45,582 nt of DNA, taken from IMG/VR virus record IMGVR_UViG_3300017991_000164; one strand, given 5' to 3'. Positions 8,500 through 15,993 of this stretch are shown here, piece by piece (the first letter of the stretch is position 1; each line of letters opens with the position of its first letter). Both the position numbers and the translations under genes were made by a program. Under the pieces are notes generated by a model that saw nothing but the letters and a program-made list of their open reading frames with translations, did not search any database and had not been told where the DNA came from. Source of the DNA: a virus.

Positions 8500-10109
8500 T
8501 AGTTAGGCATTGTCCTTGGAAGGCTGGAGAGAGAGGGAAGCTCAAGGGGTTGAAAAATGGGAGAGGCCAAGCGGTCTCGGTGGCGGGAACGAATGTTAGC
8601 GACTGCGGCCTCTACGGAATAAGCGTCAGCTGGGTCGATAGGACCTCTCTTGACCTCTCTCTTAGACTTTGTACGACGCCAGAGCTGCAATTGCATCGCC
8701 ATTGCGTCGATCAAGTCGTCGTGGGCTCCACGAGGGAAGCTCAAAAGCTCCTTTACAAGCTCTCGCATGTAAGGGCGGATGTGAACGGCTCCAGAGCCGA
8801 AAACGGGTTGGAGACCCATTATGAAGTCTTCCTTGCGGGTCTTTCCACCTCTTTTAATTGGCTCCAGCAAGAAGTATTGCTGGTTGCGGCGCATCAGATC
8901 CTTAAGCCAATAGTCGATGGACTTTTGGTAGGCGACGTCTTCATAGCCGACGACGATTGGTCTCCATCGGAGTACGTGGTCGAAGATGGCTGCAGCATGC
9001 TCGCCAGGAGAGCAACGAGCACGGAAGTAGTCGAGGACGTAGATGTAGCCGGTTATGAGGTCCTTACCGCAGGTCATCACAACGGAGTAGTCGAGCATCT
9101 CAGGGCGACCCGTAGAGAGTTCAGGGTCTGTCGCAGGGTCAATCGTCGTATACACCTCAAGGCTCTGGCGTGGAGGGATTAGCTCGTATTCCCTGATCCA
9201 CTCACTTTTGAAGACCATATCGCCTGAGCGAACAGGGTTGTTGAGCATTAGGGTGTTGAAGAAGTAGATGCCGAGAGTTCGTTCAAGGTCGTTTAGGGTC
9301 TCCTGGTCGAAACGCTCGGGGTAAGTGACCTCTCCTCGGATGTCACTTTCCCCATCTTCGTTCTCCAGACATGACCTCGTGGTCGTCACATAATTCTCGG
9401 TCTCTTGGATGTGGGAGATTAGATCGTGCTCGTACCACCTCGTCCCAACAACAATAATGCGGTCGCTCTTGGGATTTGTCAAGAGGGGTGTCGCGAGACG
9501 ATGCCAACCCACAGCCTTTGTGACGTCTTCGTGGGTTGGAGCGAGCATCTCCTCACCAAGCTCATCAAAGTCTGGAGCGACGGTGTCGTCCTCGATGATG
9601 ACGTTGTAGTGACGGGAGACACTTTGGCCTCGAACACCGATGCACTCGAAGGTTGACTCGGGGTGGGACTCCTCCCTTGTCAAACAAAGGGAGTCGGCAC
9701 TCCACACAGAGCTTCGCCCTGGGAGGACATCGGGCCACAGTGTTCTCAGGAATTGGTTTTTCTCAAACTGATCTCGGATGACGCGGAGCTTGGCTCGAGC
9801 GTTGTCACGGTTGTTCTGGGCGAGAAGAATGCGGATATTGGGGTTGCGGACGGCTGCCCAGATTGGGAAGCTGATGGAGCAGAGGGTGGTCTTGAGCCAG
9901 CCTCGGGGGAGGACAAAAAGAACCCTTCGAAGGTCAGCGTTCTGGAGGGTATCACAAACGGAACCGTGGATGTGGGGGACGAGCCAGTCAAAGCCGAGAA
10001 TGCCTTTGGCAAAGAAGTAGAGACTTCCCTCAGCCGCTTGGCGGAGTTCGTCTAGGTCCAGGTTGGCGGTTGAGGGTTCAGAAAGTGAATCCTCAAGCGG
10101 GGCTAGCAT
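8499..10109 (-). CDS. terL: Terminase large subunit, 536 aa
   Basis: Walker A-like VLPRGWLKTT and Walker B-like NVIIEDD. The C-terminal half has acidic nuclease-type residues. Size and position directly upstream of the portal fit TerL. Confidence 0.9.
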   Translation of the reverse strand: MLAPLEDSLSEPSTANLDLDELRQAAEGSLYFFAKGILGFDWLVPHIHGSVCDTLQNADLRRVLFVLPRGWLKTTLCSISFPIWAAVRNPNIRILLAQNNRDNARAKLRVIRDQFEKNQFLRTLWPDVLPGRSSVWSADSLCLTREESHPESTFECIGVRGQSVSRHYNVIIEDDTVAPDFDELGEEMLAPTHEDVTKAVGWHRLATPLLTNPKSDRIIVVGTRWYEHDLISHIQETENYVTTTRSCLENEDGESDIRGEVTYPERFDQETLNDLERTLGIYFFNTLMLNNPVRSGDMVFKSEWIREYELIPPRQSLEVYTTIDPATDPELSTGRPEMLDYSVVMTCGKDLITGYIYVLDYFRARCSPGEHAAAIFDHVLRWRPIVVGYEDVAYQKSIDYWLKDLMRRNQQYFLLEPIKRGGKTRKEDFIMGLQPVFGSGAVHIRPYMRELVKELLSFPRGAHDDLIDAMAMQLQLWRRTKSKREVKRGPIDPADAYSVEAAVANIRSRHRDRLASPIFQPLELPSLSSLPRTMPN

Positions 10110-10477
10110 ACCAAAGACCTTTCATGACCGACAACAGCATTCGCTACGCAATTAAGGGCTTGTTCCCAGTCGACCCTAGCACTTTGCCTGTCGTCTCCAT
10201 CTCGTACCCTCACAAAGACGAGCTCAAGAAGCTCGTGGACGAGAGTTTGTTCGAGAGTTGGGGCTGGATTCTTGCGAAGCCCTGCTCGGCGATAGTCTAA
10301 GTCTGCAAGCTGAATACGAGCAATTTTCATCTCCAAGTCATAGGTTGTCACCCCATACTCGTGGTCAAGATCCGACGCAGGGACAACCTCAACATCAATC
10401 CTCCAGTCCGTCAGACGGAAGAGCTTGGTGTACTTCTCTATCATTTCGTTCAATGTCTTCTCATCTACTAGTGTCAT
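10103..10477 (-). CDS. Hypothetical protein, 124 aa (small terminase position; function unknown)
   Basis: ORF track. Overlaps the TerL start by 7 nt. Contains VHELLEL, which is not a true HExxH motif. Confidence 0.5.
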   Translation of the reverse strand: MTLVDEKTLNEMIEKYTKLFRLTDWRIDVEVVPASDLDHEYGVTTYDLEMKIARIQLADLDYRRAGLRKNPAPTLEQTLVHELLELVFVRVRDGDDRQSARVDWEQALNCVANAVVGHERSLVC

Positions 10478-10632
10478 TTCTTCTTCCTACCACGAGGTTT
10501 CATTCCATGCTCCACACCCCTCAAGAGCCTAATGGCCCTCTTCGCAGTCTCGGGTGTCCTACAGGTTTGTTTGACGGACCACTTCCCACCTTTTTTGTGG
10601 AGGACCTTGTTGCCATCACGACGGTAGGGCAT
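10474..10632 (-). CDS. Small basic protein, 52 aa (not in ORF track)
   Basis: Hand translation: MPYRRDGNKVLHKKGGKWSVKQTCRTPETAKRAIRLLRGVEHGMKPRGRKKK. The ATG at 10632 lies 1 nt after the upstream TAA. Its TGA forms ATGA with the next gene, so it fills an otherwise empty 156-nt gap. Confidence 0.5.
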   Translation of the reverse strand: MPYRRDGNKVLHKKGGKWSVKQTCRTPETAKRAIRLLRGVEHGMKPRGRKKK

Positions 10633-10633
10633 C

Positions 10634-10957
10634 TTAGTGGTCTCTTTCTTCCAGCTTGATCAGCCTTTTCTCGTGGTCAACGTAACGCTGATAGCTATCG
10701 GACTTCATAACCTTCAGGTCAGCCGCAATATCCGCCAACACTCCTCTCAACTCCGTGTTGGCCAGTCGAAGGGAGGTCACACTGTTTTTGAGGTTTTGAA
10801 TCACAACCGCCACAGAGACGGAGATAGTACAGAGACCAACCACACCACCAATCGTTGCCCAGATTGGGATTGAGGAAGGTGGAAGGGCTTGGGCTCCTCC
10901 AACAGCAAACCCACTAGAGGTGAGAGAAAGGATGGCAATTAGAGGCCCCTTACGCAT
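10634..10957 (-). CDS. Membrane protein with C-terminal coiled coil, 107 aa
   Basis: ORF 10634..11011. The ATG at 10957 has a GGAGGGGAG SD. Two hydrophobic segments (PLIAILSLTSSGFAVGG and IPIWATIGGVVGLCTISVSVAVVI) are followed by a heptad-like tail. Confidence 0.5.
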   Translation of the reverse strand: MRKGPLIAILSLTSSGFAVGGAQALPPSSIPIWATIGGVVGLCTISVSVAVVIQNLKNSVTSLRLANTELRGVLADIAADLKVMKSDSYQRYVDHEKRLIKLEERDH

Positions 10958-11735
10958 GGGTGGGCTCCCCTCCATTCTTGTAGACACAAATCGCAGGGTC
11001 TCCCTTTCCACTCTCCCTCCAATCGAGAAAGCGATCCTGAAAGGTTTCGTCGATCTCCATCGCGTGAAGGTGTCTTACCTGGATTGTGGTGTCGACCCAC
11101 ACCTGGGCTCCAGCCTCCACTTGCAAACGCCACACAAACTTAGTGTCCATGCAGGCAAGACGACCCTGTGTCTTTTGGTCGACCGTCTCGTAGAACCACG
11201 GACGTTCGAGGGCGAGAAGGTGGTCACGATGGAACATTAAGACGCCTGAGCCGATAAAATTGATCCTCTGGACCTCTCCATCGGCGGGATCGATCAATTC
11301 GACGATCTTCTCAGCATCGTCGATTTGCTGAATCTTGAGGTCACCGTTCCCAGAGTATGGAAGACGGTAAGCCATCGGCTGGAAGGGCTTCATGCTGGTT
11401 GTTGAGATATAGCCCCTCGTTGGAATGAGGGCTGAGATAACCTCACAACCCTCGTTCCATCGTTCCACGAGTCGAAGGAGCATATTGGAAGGGTGGATCT
11501 GGTCTGCACCAACAATGCAAATCAGATCCGCTCCCCACCCAACAGCCTTTTCGCAGGCCTCAATGTGTCGACGTGCTGGACACCACCCAGCTCCCCTGAA
11601 GAACCTTGTCTCGGCAGCCTCAGGCTGCCCGAGTGGGTTGTTGATAGAGGAAGGGTGCTGGAGGTCGAGCATTGCGTCGACGTAGCGAGTCCAGATGAAA
11701 GGACTGGCCCAAGGTGTGCATACAGCAAGTTTCAC
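10950..11735 (-). CDS. Putative GT-A fold glycosyltransferase, 261 aa
   Basis: The pattern ARRHIEACEKAVGWGADLICIVGADQIHP followed by FIGSGVLMFHRD resembles GT-A enzymes, with a DxD-like GADQ. Motif-level evidence only. Confidence 0.35.
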   Translation of the reverse strand: MKLAVCTPWASPFIWTRYVDAMLDLQHPSSINNPLGQPEAAETRFFRGAGWCPARRHIEACEKAVGWGADLICIVGADQIHPSNMLLRLVERWNEGCEVISALIPTRGYISTTSMKPFQPMAYRLPYSGNGDLKIQQIDDAEKIVELIDPADGEVQRINFIGSGVLMFHRDHLLALERPWFYETVDQKTQGRLACMDTKFVWRLQVEAGAQVWVDTTIQVRHLHAMEIDETFQDRFLDWRESGKGDPAICVYKNGGEPTHA

Positions 11736-11746
11736 GCTTGGAGTCC

Positions 11747-12661
11747 TTACGCAGGGGTTGTGCTCGGGACACGAACGCCAGCGGTTGTCTTCGTCACGTC
11801 AGTGCCAAGACAGCCACTGAAGAACATCCCCTCAATCGTCGTCCCCACGATCTTCTCGATGGTGGTGATTGCGGCGTGGGCGACGAGATGGCAGTCGATC
11901 ATCGCACCAAACTGGTTCGCCACAGAAGACTTGATGGTGAGGGCTGCAACTGCAATTCCAAGCATCTGACAACGCTCGATCAATAGACCTGGGTGAGCGT
12001 CGGCCGGGATGTCGATGATGTTCTCGTCAATGTCGTACTGGAGGTAGTTGAAAATGCAATCGCTGATTCTCCAGTTCGAGCAGCTTCCAGAGCCTGCCTC
12101 GAACATGATAGCGTTGTCCGCTCCCGCAGCCGTCCCAAGAAAAAGGCAATTCTCGATGATGCCACGGTGTCCACTTGCCACAGTCACCACATCAACTGGG
12201 GCTGCACCACTCTCGAAAGAGCACTTGTTGATGTGGACATCACTCTCTGCGATGTTCAAAAGGGCTGTGCAACTCGCCGCACCCACAAAGCGGAGGTTCT
12301 CGACGTAGACGTCGTCTGCAGTGATGGACATAATGTCGATCGCAGTCGAGCCATCGTGGGTGAAGGTTGGTCGGTTCTGGCCGACACCAAACCCGAGAAT
12401 GCGGACACCGTGGTCGACTGTGATCAGGGTTGCGACAGTCTCGGCATGGCCTGGGAGGACAACAATGGTGTCGTCATCTCCCGTAAGGGCTGTGATGGCT
12501 TTTGCAAGGGTTGCAAAGGCGTGGTCAGGGTCTTTACCATCGTGGTTGTTACTGCCGTTTGTGGAGTCGACAAACCACGTCGACCCCACCGGACCACCGC
12601 CAGAACGAGTGATGGCCCACTCTTCAGCAATCTTGTTCTTGATCGCTCTCGTGTTCGCCAT
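11747..12661 (-). CDS. Right-handed beta-helix (pectate-lyase-like) protein; tailspike/depolymerase or fibre candidate, 304 aa
   Basis: The N-terminus WFVDSTNGSNNHDGKDPDHAFATLAKAI is typical of the pectate-lyase superfamily. It is followed by repeated short hydrophobic/Gly/Asn rungs such as VENLRF, INKCSF, IENCLF and ISDCIF. Confidence 0.6.
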   Translation of the reverse strand: MANTRAIKNKIAEEWAITRSGGGPVGSTWFVDSTNGSNNHDGKDPDHAFATLAKAITALTGDDDTIVVLPGHAETVATLITVDHGVRILGFGVGQNRPTFTHDGSTAIDIMSITADDVYVENLRFVGAASCTALLNIAESDVHINKCSFESGAAPVDVVTVASGHRGIIENCLFLGTAAGADNAIMFEAGSGSCSNWRISDCIFNYLQYDIDENIIDIPADAHPGLLIERCQMLGIAVAALTIKSSVANQFGAMIDCHLVAHAAITTIEKIVGTTIEGMFFSGCLGTDVTKTTAGVRVPSTTPA

Positions 12662-13337
12662 TTGAAGATCCTTTCACTGGTTGAGGGCCCTCTTCAGGGA
12701 CCGTTTCACTTGTCTTCCCCTCTGGGAGGAAGTCTCGAATCACTTGCCCGCTACAGAGTGCTTGGGCTTTCCGATGTCCGAGCCCCGATCCGAGGAGGGA
12801 CGTTTCACGAACATCTCCTTGTTCGTCTTGGGAGGCTTCGGCTGAGGGGCCGTCGGCTGAGTGCCTTTGCTGGCCATTTCTGGACTCCTTGAGAGCTGTG
12901 ATGAGGAGCTCGGCTGTCTTCTCTGAGATTTGGATACCGACTCCATCTGAGATGCCCCCCGACACGTTGTCGTTGGGCTTTCCAAGGACTCGATCAAGGA
13001 TCGAGCCACTTGCTCGAAGCTTGATTGAGTCATCATCTGAATCGAGCAGCTCGACTTGCGTCTCAGCAGCCCGAGTGCTGTTTTGCTGGAGGATTGAGCG
13101 AGCCTTCGACTCGAAAGCCTCCTTCTCCTCCGCCACCCCTCCAGCATTCCTCACTTTCATCCGACGGTTGAACTCTGCGATGAAGAGGGGTGAGCGAGCG
13201 ACGATCTTTACCGTGTGATGGCTGCACCCAATGATCTCCGCAGTCTCCCGCTGGGTATACCCCGCCACAAGGAGATCAACCATCTGAAAATGCCGAGGGT
13301 TTAGTCGCTTCAATTCAAATCTGTTTGTTGATCCCAC
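12624..13337 (-). CDS. HTH DNA-binding protein (LuxR/sigma region-4-like); possible small terminase, 237 aa
   Basis: GTG start overlapping the upstream TAG. LNPRHFQMVDLLVAGYTQRETAEIIGCSHHTVK fits a GerE/LuxR-type HTH. The C-terminal half is low-complexity and overlaps the next gene by 38 nt. Confidence 0.5.
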   Translation of the reverse strand: MGSTNRFELKRLNPRHFQMVDLLVAGYTQRETAEIIGCSHHTVKIVARSPLFIAEFNRRMKVRNAGGVAEEKEAFESKARSILQQNSTRAAETQVELLDSDDDSIKLRASGSILDRVLGKPNDNVSGGISDGVGIQISEKTAELLITALKESRNGQQRHSADGPSAEASQDEQGDVRETSLLGSGLGHRKAQALCSGQVIRDFLPEGKTSETVPEEGPQPVKGSSNGEHESDQEQDC

Positions 13338-13930
13338 TAGATTACTCCAAGAGCGTGTGCTCCCCCACCGCTATCCTGAAACTCAACCCGAAGCTTAGGG
13401 GGGTGGTCTCCTGAGATGCCGTGGAAGCGGAGATCATCTATTCCAATGCCAGCTGGGAATGCGAGACGAAGCCTCAGAGCTCCACCTCTCGAGTCAATGG
13501 CATCTTGGACAAGGGCCACGAAGTCCGTTCCAGTGTCGATGGTCTTATAAGCATCCGTACCACTGACCCTTGTTGCCTCAAAGTCATTAGTGGTGCTGTA
13601 GTCTACATCTGCACCCTTTGCCCCAGCGGTGTCCCAAGCCTCATTAGCAGAGTTGTCCCACTCGTTCCAGGTGGCGTCCTCCCAGTCCCATGTTTGGATC
13701 ATCCTCGCAACCCAGATCTTTTTGGTGCCAGTGTTTGTGGTGATCCAAAGCCGGAGCTGGGCGGAAAGGATTAGTGCTCCAACGGGGATGGAGACTGGAA
13801 TCTCAAGAAGGACTACCTTCTCAGACAACCCCGAAGGAACGAGACGCATCGAGGCACCATAGTAACTGGTGTTGGGGTTGCTGCTATCAAGGTAACAGGC
13901 ATAGGTTGGAGTGGCGGTGTACCTAGCCAT
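13337..13930 (-). CDS. DNRLRE-domain-like (carbohydrate-associated) protein, 197 aa
   Basis: YYGASMRLVPSGLSEKVVLLEIPVSIPVGALILSAQLRLW...IWVARMIQTWDWEDATWNEW matches the remembered DNRLRE-domain pattern (x-L-L-x-F/I-x-hS-IP-x-GA-x-I-x-SA-x-L-x-L...W-x-E-x-x-xTW). Confidence 0.5.
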   Translation of the reverse strand: MARYTATPTYACYLDSSNPNTSYYGASMRLVPSGLSEKVVLLEIPVSIPVGALILSAQLRLWITTNTGTKKIWVARMIQTWDWEDATWNEWDNSANEAWDTAGAKGADVDYSTTNDFEATRVSGTDAYKTIDTGTDFVALVQDAIDSRGGALRLRLAFPAGIGIDDLRFHGISGDHPPKLRVEFQDSGGGAHALGVI

Positions 13931-14099
13931 CTTTTGGTCCTTCGGCCTTCCTCACCCCATCCCTCAGGGTGAGTCCCCCAAGCCCAAGGAGGCTGTACAC
14001 AACCTCCTCCGTCACTTCTGTCTGGGTGAGGGCACTCACCAAGAGATAGCCGAGGAGAGCTGCCATCACGATATAGGTCTTATTCCCATTGAGCTTCAT
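13923..14099 (-). CDS. Small membrane protein, holin candidate, 58 aa
   Basis: ORF 13923..14159. The ATG at 14099 forms ATGA with the upstream stop. MKLNGNKTYIVMAALLGYLLVSAL... contains one or two hydrophobic segments and a charged C-terminus. Confidence 0.4.
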   Translation of the reverse strand: MKLNGNKTYIVMAALLGYLLVSALTQTEVTEEVVYSLLGLGGLTLRDGVRKAEGPKDG

Positions 14100-14446
14100 T
14101 TCTCGTCCTTTCTGAAGAAGAGGGGAATGGCTCCTCCAAGGAGACCGAGGAGATTCCAAGGCGGAGGCAAGGTTGAGGTGCCGGCCGAAATGGCCGCTCC
14201 AATCTCGTCTGCCGAAGGCCCTTCCACATCAAGGTTGACCGGAGTTTCCTCCCCTGAGGGGTCGACTGTGACTGCCTCCATCTCTCCACTCTCCGAAGGC
14301 TGGACGGTGGCCTGCCCGAGAGGCTGGCCGGCGGAGTCAACAGGCACTGTGATCTTGCACGACGTGAGCCACACGAGGGCTGCGACGAGGAAAACCCAAG
14401 AAAGAGCTGTGAGAAGGTTTTTGAGGAAGAGGTCTGTGTCTTTCAT
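14096..14446 (-). CDS. Lipoprotein with C-terminal TM segment, unimolecular spanin candidate, 116 aa
   Basis: ORF 14096..14527, ATG at 14446. The signal plus lipobox is LVAALVWLTSC (L-T-S-C). A C-terminal hydrophobic segment WNLLGLLGGAIPLFF is followed by RKDEK. This architecture resembles T1 gp11-type u-spanins. Confidence 0.45.
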   Translation of the reverse strand: MKDTDLFLKNLLTALSWVFLVAALVWLTSCKITVPVDSAGQPLGQATVQPSESGEMEAVTVDPSGEETPVNLDVEGPSADEIGAAISAGTSTLPPPWNLLGLLGGAIPLFFRKDEK

Positions 14447-14527
14447 TTGGAGTCTCTGGTTGAGGGTACCGAACAAAAGGCGAACGGGAAAACGCCGTCT
14501 AAGGCCACCGTTTTTCACCCGCCCCAC

Positions 14528-14943
14528 CCCCCGGCCCGGCCCGAACTCGCCCGCACGGCCCGCCCCCGCCCCGCTGGGGCCAAGCTATCTATACGGCCTC
14601 TCGGGCAGCCCGCCCCACCTTCCCTGATCTCTCCTGCCTGAGTCTTGCTCACGTTGAGGTCTCCTGGGGCTGTTTGGACCGACCCCCCGTCCATAGACCG
14701 AACGCGGCCCGCCACTGTCGACGGTTCGCCCGAACCCTTGACTATGACTACAGGTCCTACGCATCCACGGGGGGCCTAATGCTGAAAGCAGCTCCGGGGG
14801 GTGGGGGATGTGTCCCCGTTGAGGCGTTAGGGTAGGAGGCGAGACTTCCCGATTTCGCCCTATATTGGCGGGTCGGCCGAAAAACGGCCCGCCCGACAAG
14901 TGAATATCGAGCCGGGTCTTGCGTCGGGAAAGGAGCCATTCCC
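14528..14943. promoter_or_regulatory. Divergent GC-rich control region between the late (minus) and early (plus) arms
   Basis: 416 nt without credible coding. CGGCCCGCC occurs at 14556, 14705 and 14885, plus AGCCCGCC at 14607. A hairpin lies at 14867-14895. GAGGCGTTAG at 14821 matches the 3' half of the recurrent early motif. Confidence 0.5.
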
Positions 14944-15402
14944 ATGACTACCACCCGTCCCAAGATCGAGTATCGCCAGCAGGATGGCTTCAAGGTCGGA
15001 CGCACCACTGCCACGATGACTGTGGACAAGGGTGGAGAGGCCGAGAAGACCTACACCAAGAAGTACGACTATCCTGTCGTCTCCTTGGGAGACCTGCCCG
15101 ATGAGCTGGCAGCCTTCGTGACCCAGTACTTCGACGGCGATCGTGCGTCGGCCTCCGATGCCCTAGAATTCGGCATTCGGAACAGGCTCGCCGGTAAGGC
15201 GATGGCAAAGCATCGCTCGGCGTTGACCGCTCCGAAGACGATCGGCGGGCTGCAGGATGCCTTGAAACGGCGAGGGTTTGAGTTGTTTACCCTCGGCAAG
15301 ACCCAGGAGATGCAGACCCTCGCGACTGCGTTGTCGACGGCTACGACGAAAGAGCAGTTGGAGGCTCTGTGGACCGAGTACGTTCGTGTAAACCCCAGTT
15401 GA
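14944..15402 (+). CDS. Hypothetical early protein, 152 aa
   Basis: ORF track. GAAAGGAGCC SD lies 7 nt upstream of the ATG. Confidence 0.7.
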   Translation: MTTTRPKIEYRQQDGFKVGRTTATMTVDKGGEAEKTYTKKYDYPVVSLGDLPDELAAFVTQYFDGDRASASDALEFGIRNRLAGKAMAKHRSALTAPKTIGGLQDALKRRGFELFTLGKTQEMQTLATALSTATTKEQLEALWTEYVRVNPS

Positions 15403-15487
15403 GACGACGTAGACCCGGCTCGATAGTCCACCACCAGACGAGAGTCGCGTGGTGGGATTCAAAACCTAGGCTTGAAAGGAGCCAACT

Positions 15488-15679
15488 ATGACTCAAAACA
15501 GAGTACAGGCGCTCTCCGATCTGTGGGATCAGATCATGAGAGACGTCACCGACACCACTGTACCCGAGACGATCAACATCAAGAAGACCGAGCGTCGGGA
15601 CCGAGACGAGCGAAGGGTCTTCACTCGGTACGCCGCAAAGGTCAAGTTTACCAGAGACTACTACGGCGAGGTGCACTAG
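15488..15679 (+). CDS. Hypothetical early protein, 63 aa
   Basis: ORF track. GAAAGGAGCC SD present. An intrinsic terminator follows. Confidence 0.65.
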   Translation: MTQNRVQALSDLWDQIMRDVTDTTVPETINIKKTERRDRDERRVFTRYAAKVKFTRDYYGEVH

Positions 15680-15683
15680 CAGG

Positions 15684-15708
15684 AAAAGCCCCGAAAGGGG
15701 CTTTTTCT
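15684..15708 (+). terminator. Intrinsic terminator
   Basis: AGCCCC-GAAA-GGGGCT stem-loop followed by TTTTCT. Confidence 0.75.
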
Positions 15709-15727
15709 CGTCCCGGTCGGTGCAGGG

Positions 15728-15772
15728 TTCACTTAGTGAATGCTGTATCGGGCCGTTGCAGGCGTCTCTACC
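15728..15772 (+). promoter_or_regulatory. Recurrent early promoter/operator-like motif, copy A
   Basis: TTCACTTAGTGAATGCTGTATCGGGCCGTTGCAGGCGTCTCTACC lies just upstream of the SD of the 15791 gene. It aligns with copies at 18338 and 23914. Confidence 0.45.
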
Positions 15773-15790
15773 GTGAAAGGAGCCGTTGAG

Positions 15791-15967
15791 ATGATATTCT
15801 ACATCGTGACTGAGCTTGAGGTTGATGGAAAGGATCATACATCCATCTACCAGAGTGGAGATCGTATTCACGATACCACTTTCGGCCTCAAGAGAGCATT
15901 CGAGTACGTCTCCGAGGTCGTGAAAAAGGAAAGGATCATGACTTTCACCGTTTGCGTCGTGAACTAG
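15791..15967 (+). CDS. Hypothetical early protein, 58 aa
   Basis: ORF 15740..15967. The ATG at 15791 is preceded by GAAAGGAGCC. Confidence 0.55.
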   Translation: MIFYIVTELEVDGKDHTSIYQSGDRIHDTTFGLKRAFEYVSEVVKKERIMTFTVCVVN

Positions 15968-15993
15968 GACCGTTTGAGGGTTTGTTGGGCTTG

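Noticed and set aside
8367-9182. 271-aa plus-strand ORF
   Set aside because: It is antisense to the portal/TerL junction and crosses the TAATG junction. It has no SD.
10103-10477. Zinc metalloprotease (HExxH) call for the 124-aa ORF
   Set aside because: The motif is HELLE, not HExxH, because the second His is missing. I cannot support a protease call from sequence alone.
11993-12892. 299-aa plus-strand ORF
   Set aside because: It is antisense to the beta-helix and HTH genes. It has no SD and crosses a gene boundary, so it is a shadow ORF.
13911-14899. Several ORFs (238 aa plus strand; 66-143 aa both strands) in and around the GC-rich control region
   Set aside because: Their translations are Pro/Arg/Gly-rich, typical of open frames in GC-rich DNA. 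They have no SD and overlap the better-supported lysis-like genes or the intergenic repeats.
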